Source: Candidatus Nomurabacteria bacterium (lineage in GTDB: Bacteria; Patescibacteriota; Minisyncoccia; Phycocordibacterales; SBAW01). From it: a stretch of 64,000 bases of DNA. The stretch is from assembly GCA_943356495.1 (NCBI GenBank), contig CALRFF010000002.1, positions 12,596-76,595 on the forward strand, written 5' to 3'. Shown piece after piece: positions 63,421-64,000 of the stretch. The position numbers and the translations under genes were made by a program. Positions within the stretch are counted from its first letter, which is position 1. Each line of letters begins with the position of its first letter. The notes beneath the pieces were generated by a model. The model searched no databases, had not been told where the DNA came from, and saw only the letters and a program-made list of their open reading frames with translations.

Positions 63421-64000
63421 AGAAGCGGCTGGTTATACTCGACACCCACGCGATACTGCATCGGGCATATCACGCTTTACCGGAGTTTAGCTCCAGCAAG
63501 GGCGAGCCTACCGGCGGACTGTACGGGCTTTTGTCGATGCTTATAAAGATAATCAACGACCTGCGGCCCGACTATATAGTCGCGGCTATCGACCTTCCCG
63601 GCGCCACCTTTCGCGACGCGGTGTACAAAGAGTACAAAGGCACGCGTGCTAAAACCGACGACGCGCTGGTGATGCAGATTAAAAAGACGCCCGGCGTGCT
63701 CGAAGCCTTTGGTGTGCCGGTGTACTCGGCTAAAGGGTTTGAGGCCGACGACGTGATAGGTACGATGGTTGAGACGCTGAAGAAAAAGAAAGACCTAGAC
63801 ATTGTTATCGCCTCGGGTGACAAAGACGCACTTCAGCTTATCGACGGCACGCGCGTACAGGTCTTTACGCTGGGCAAGGGTCTTAACGACACGGTGATGT
63901 ACGACGAGGCAGCCGTTAATGCGCGCTACGGCTTTGGCCCCGAGGTCATAGCCGATCTAAAAGGTATTGCGGGTGACCCTTCGGATAATATTAAAGGCGT
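63416..64000 (+). CDS. 5'-3' exonuclease (PolI N-terminal/FEN domain), 5' partial at window end
   Basis: LVILDTHAILHRAYHA, GGLYG, FEADDVIG motifs; runs off the window. Confidence 0.8.

Noticed and set aside
1-64000. CRISPR arrays, rRNA genes, IS elements
   Set aside because: No regularly spaced direct repeats, no 16S/23S/5S signatures and no transposase-like ORFs were seen. The only repeats are the two small families reported above.

Overview
High-GC (~58%) bacterial chromosomal window, densely coded with about 70 protein genes and 4 tRNAs. Most of it is housekeeping, and it includes the replication origin neighbourhood (jag-yidC-rnpA-rpmH on the minus strand, dnaA-dnaN-rdgB on the plus strand, 50.4-55.3 kb). 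Other recognisable genes: rpmB, Fe/Mn SOD, a recJ-rnhA-comEC operon, pgk-tpiA, nusA, ppa, tig-clpP-rny, hup, cca, xth, a Xer-type recombinase, rpsO, pnp, a ComM/YifB-like ATPase, pcrA, rsmA, PBP1A, tyrS, ruvC-yebC-ruvB, tsaE and the 5' end of a polA-like 5'-3' exonuclease. Genes on the minus strand at 17.5-20.6 kb: tRNA-Gly(UCC), tRNA-Pro(UGG), tRNA-Gly(GCC), tRNA-Arg(UCG). The outstanding feature is a tightly packed 11-gene, 12.2-kb plus-strand operon at 38183-50392. It encodes a VirB4-family ATPase (apparently split into two ORFs), a PrgI/VirB3-like protein, a VirB6/TrbL-like polytopic membrane protein, a VirB2-like pilin candidate and several secreted or membrane-anchored proteins of unknown function. 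There is no coupling protein, relaxase or VirB11, so this is a minimal type-IV-secretion-like apparatus, possibly a DNA-uptake system. Other notable observations: two orphan PilB/GspE ATPases, one with a degenerate active site; two small repeat families (a structured ~58-nt intergenic element in three copies with a covarying hairpin, and a 20-nt GC palindrome in three copies); and a pervasive leaderless-type promoter layout (TAnnnT hexamer 6-7 nt upstream of ATG), often with one palindromic -10 shared by divergent genes. No rRNA, CRISPR array or transposase was found. Lineage is not determinable from sequence alone; the truncated trigger factor, short ComEC, PrgI-containing secretion operon and reduced gene set are compatible with a small-genome monoderm lineage such as Patescibacteria (inference only).
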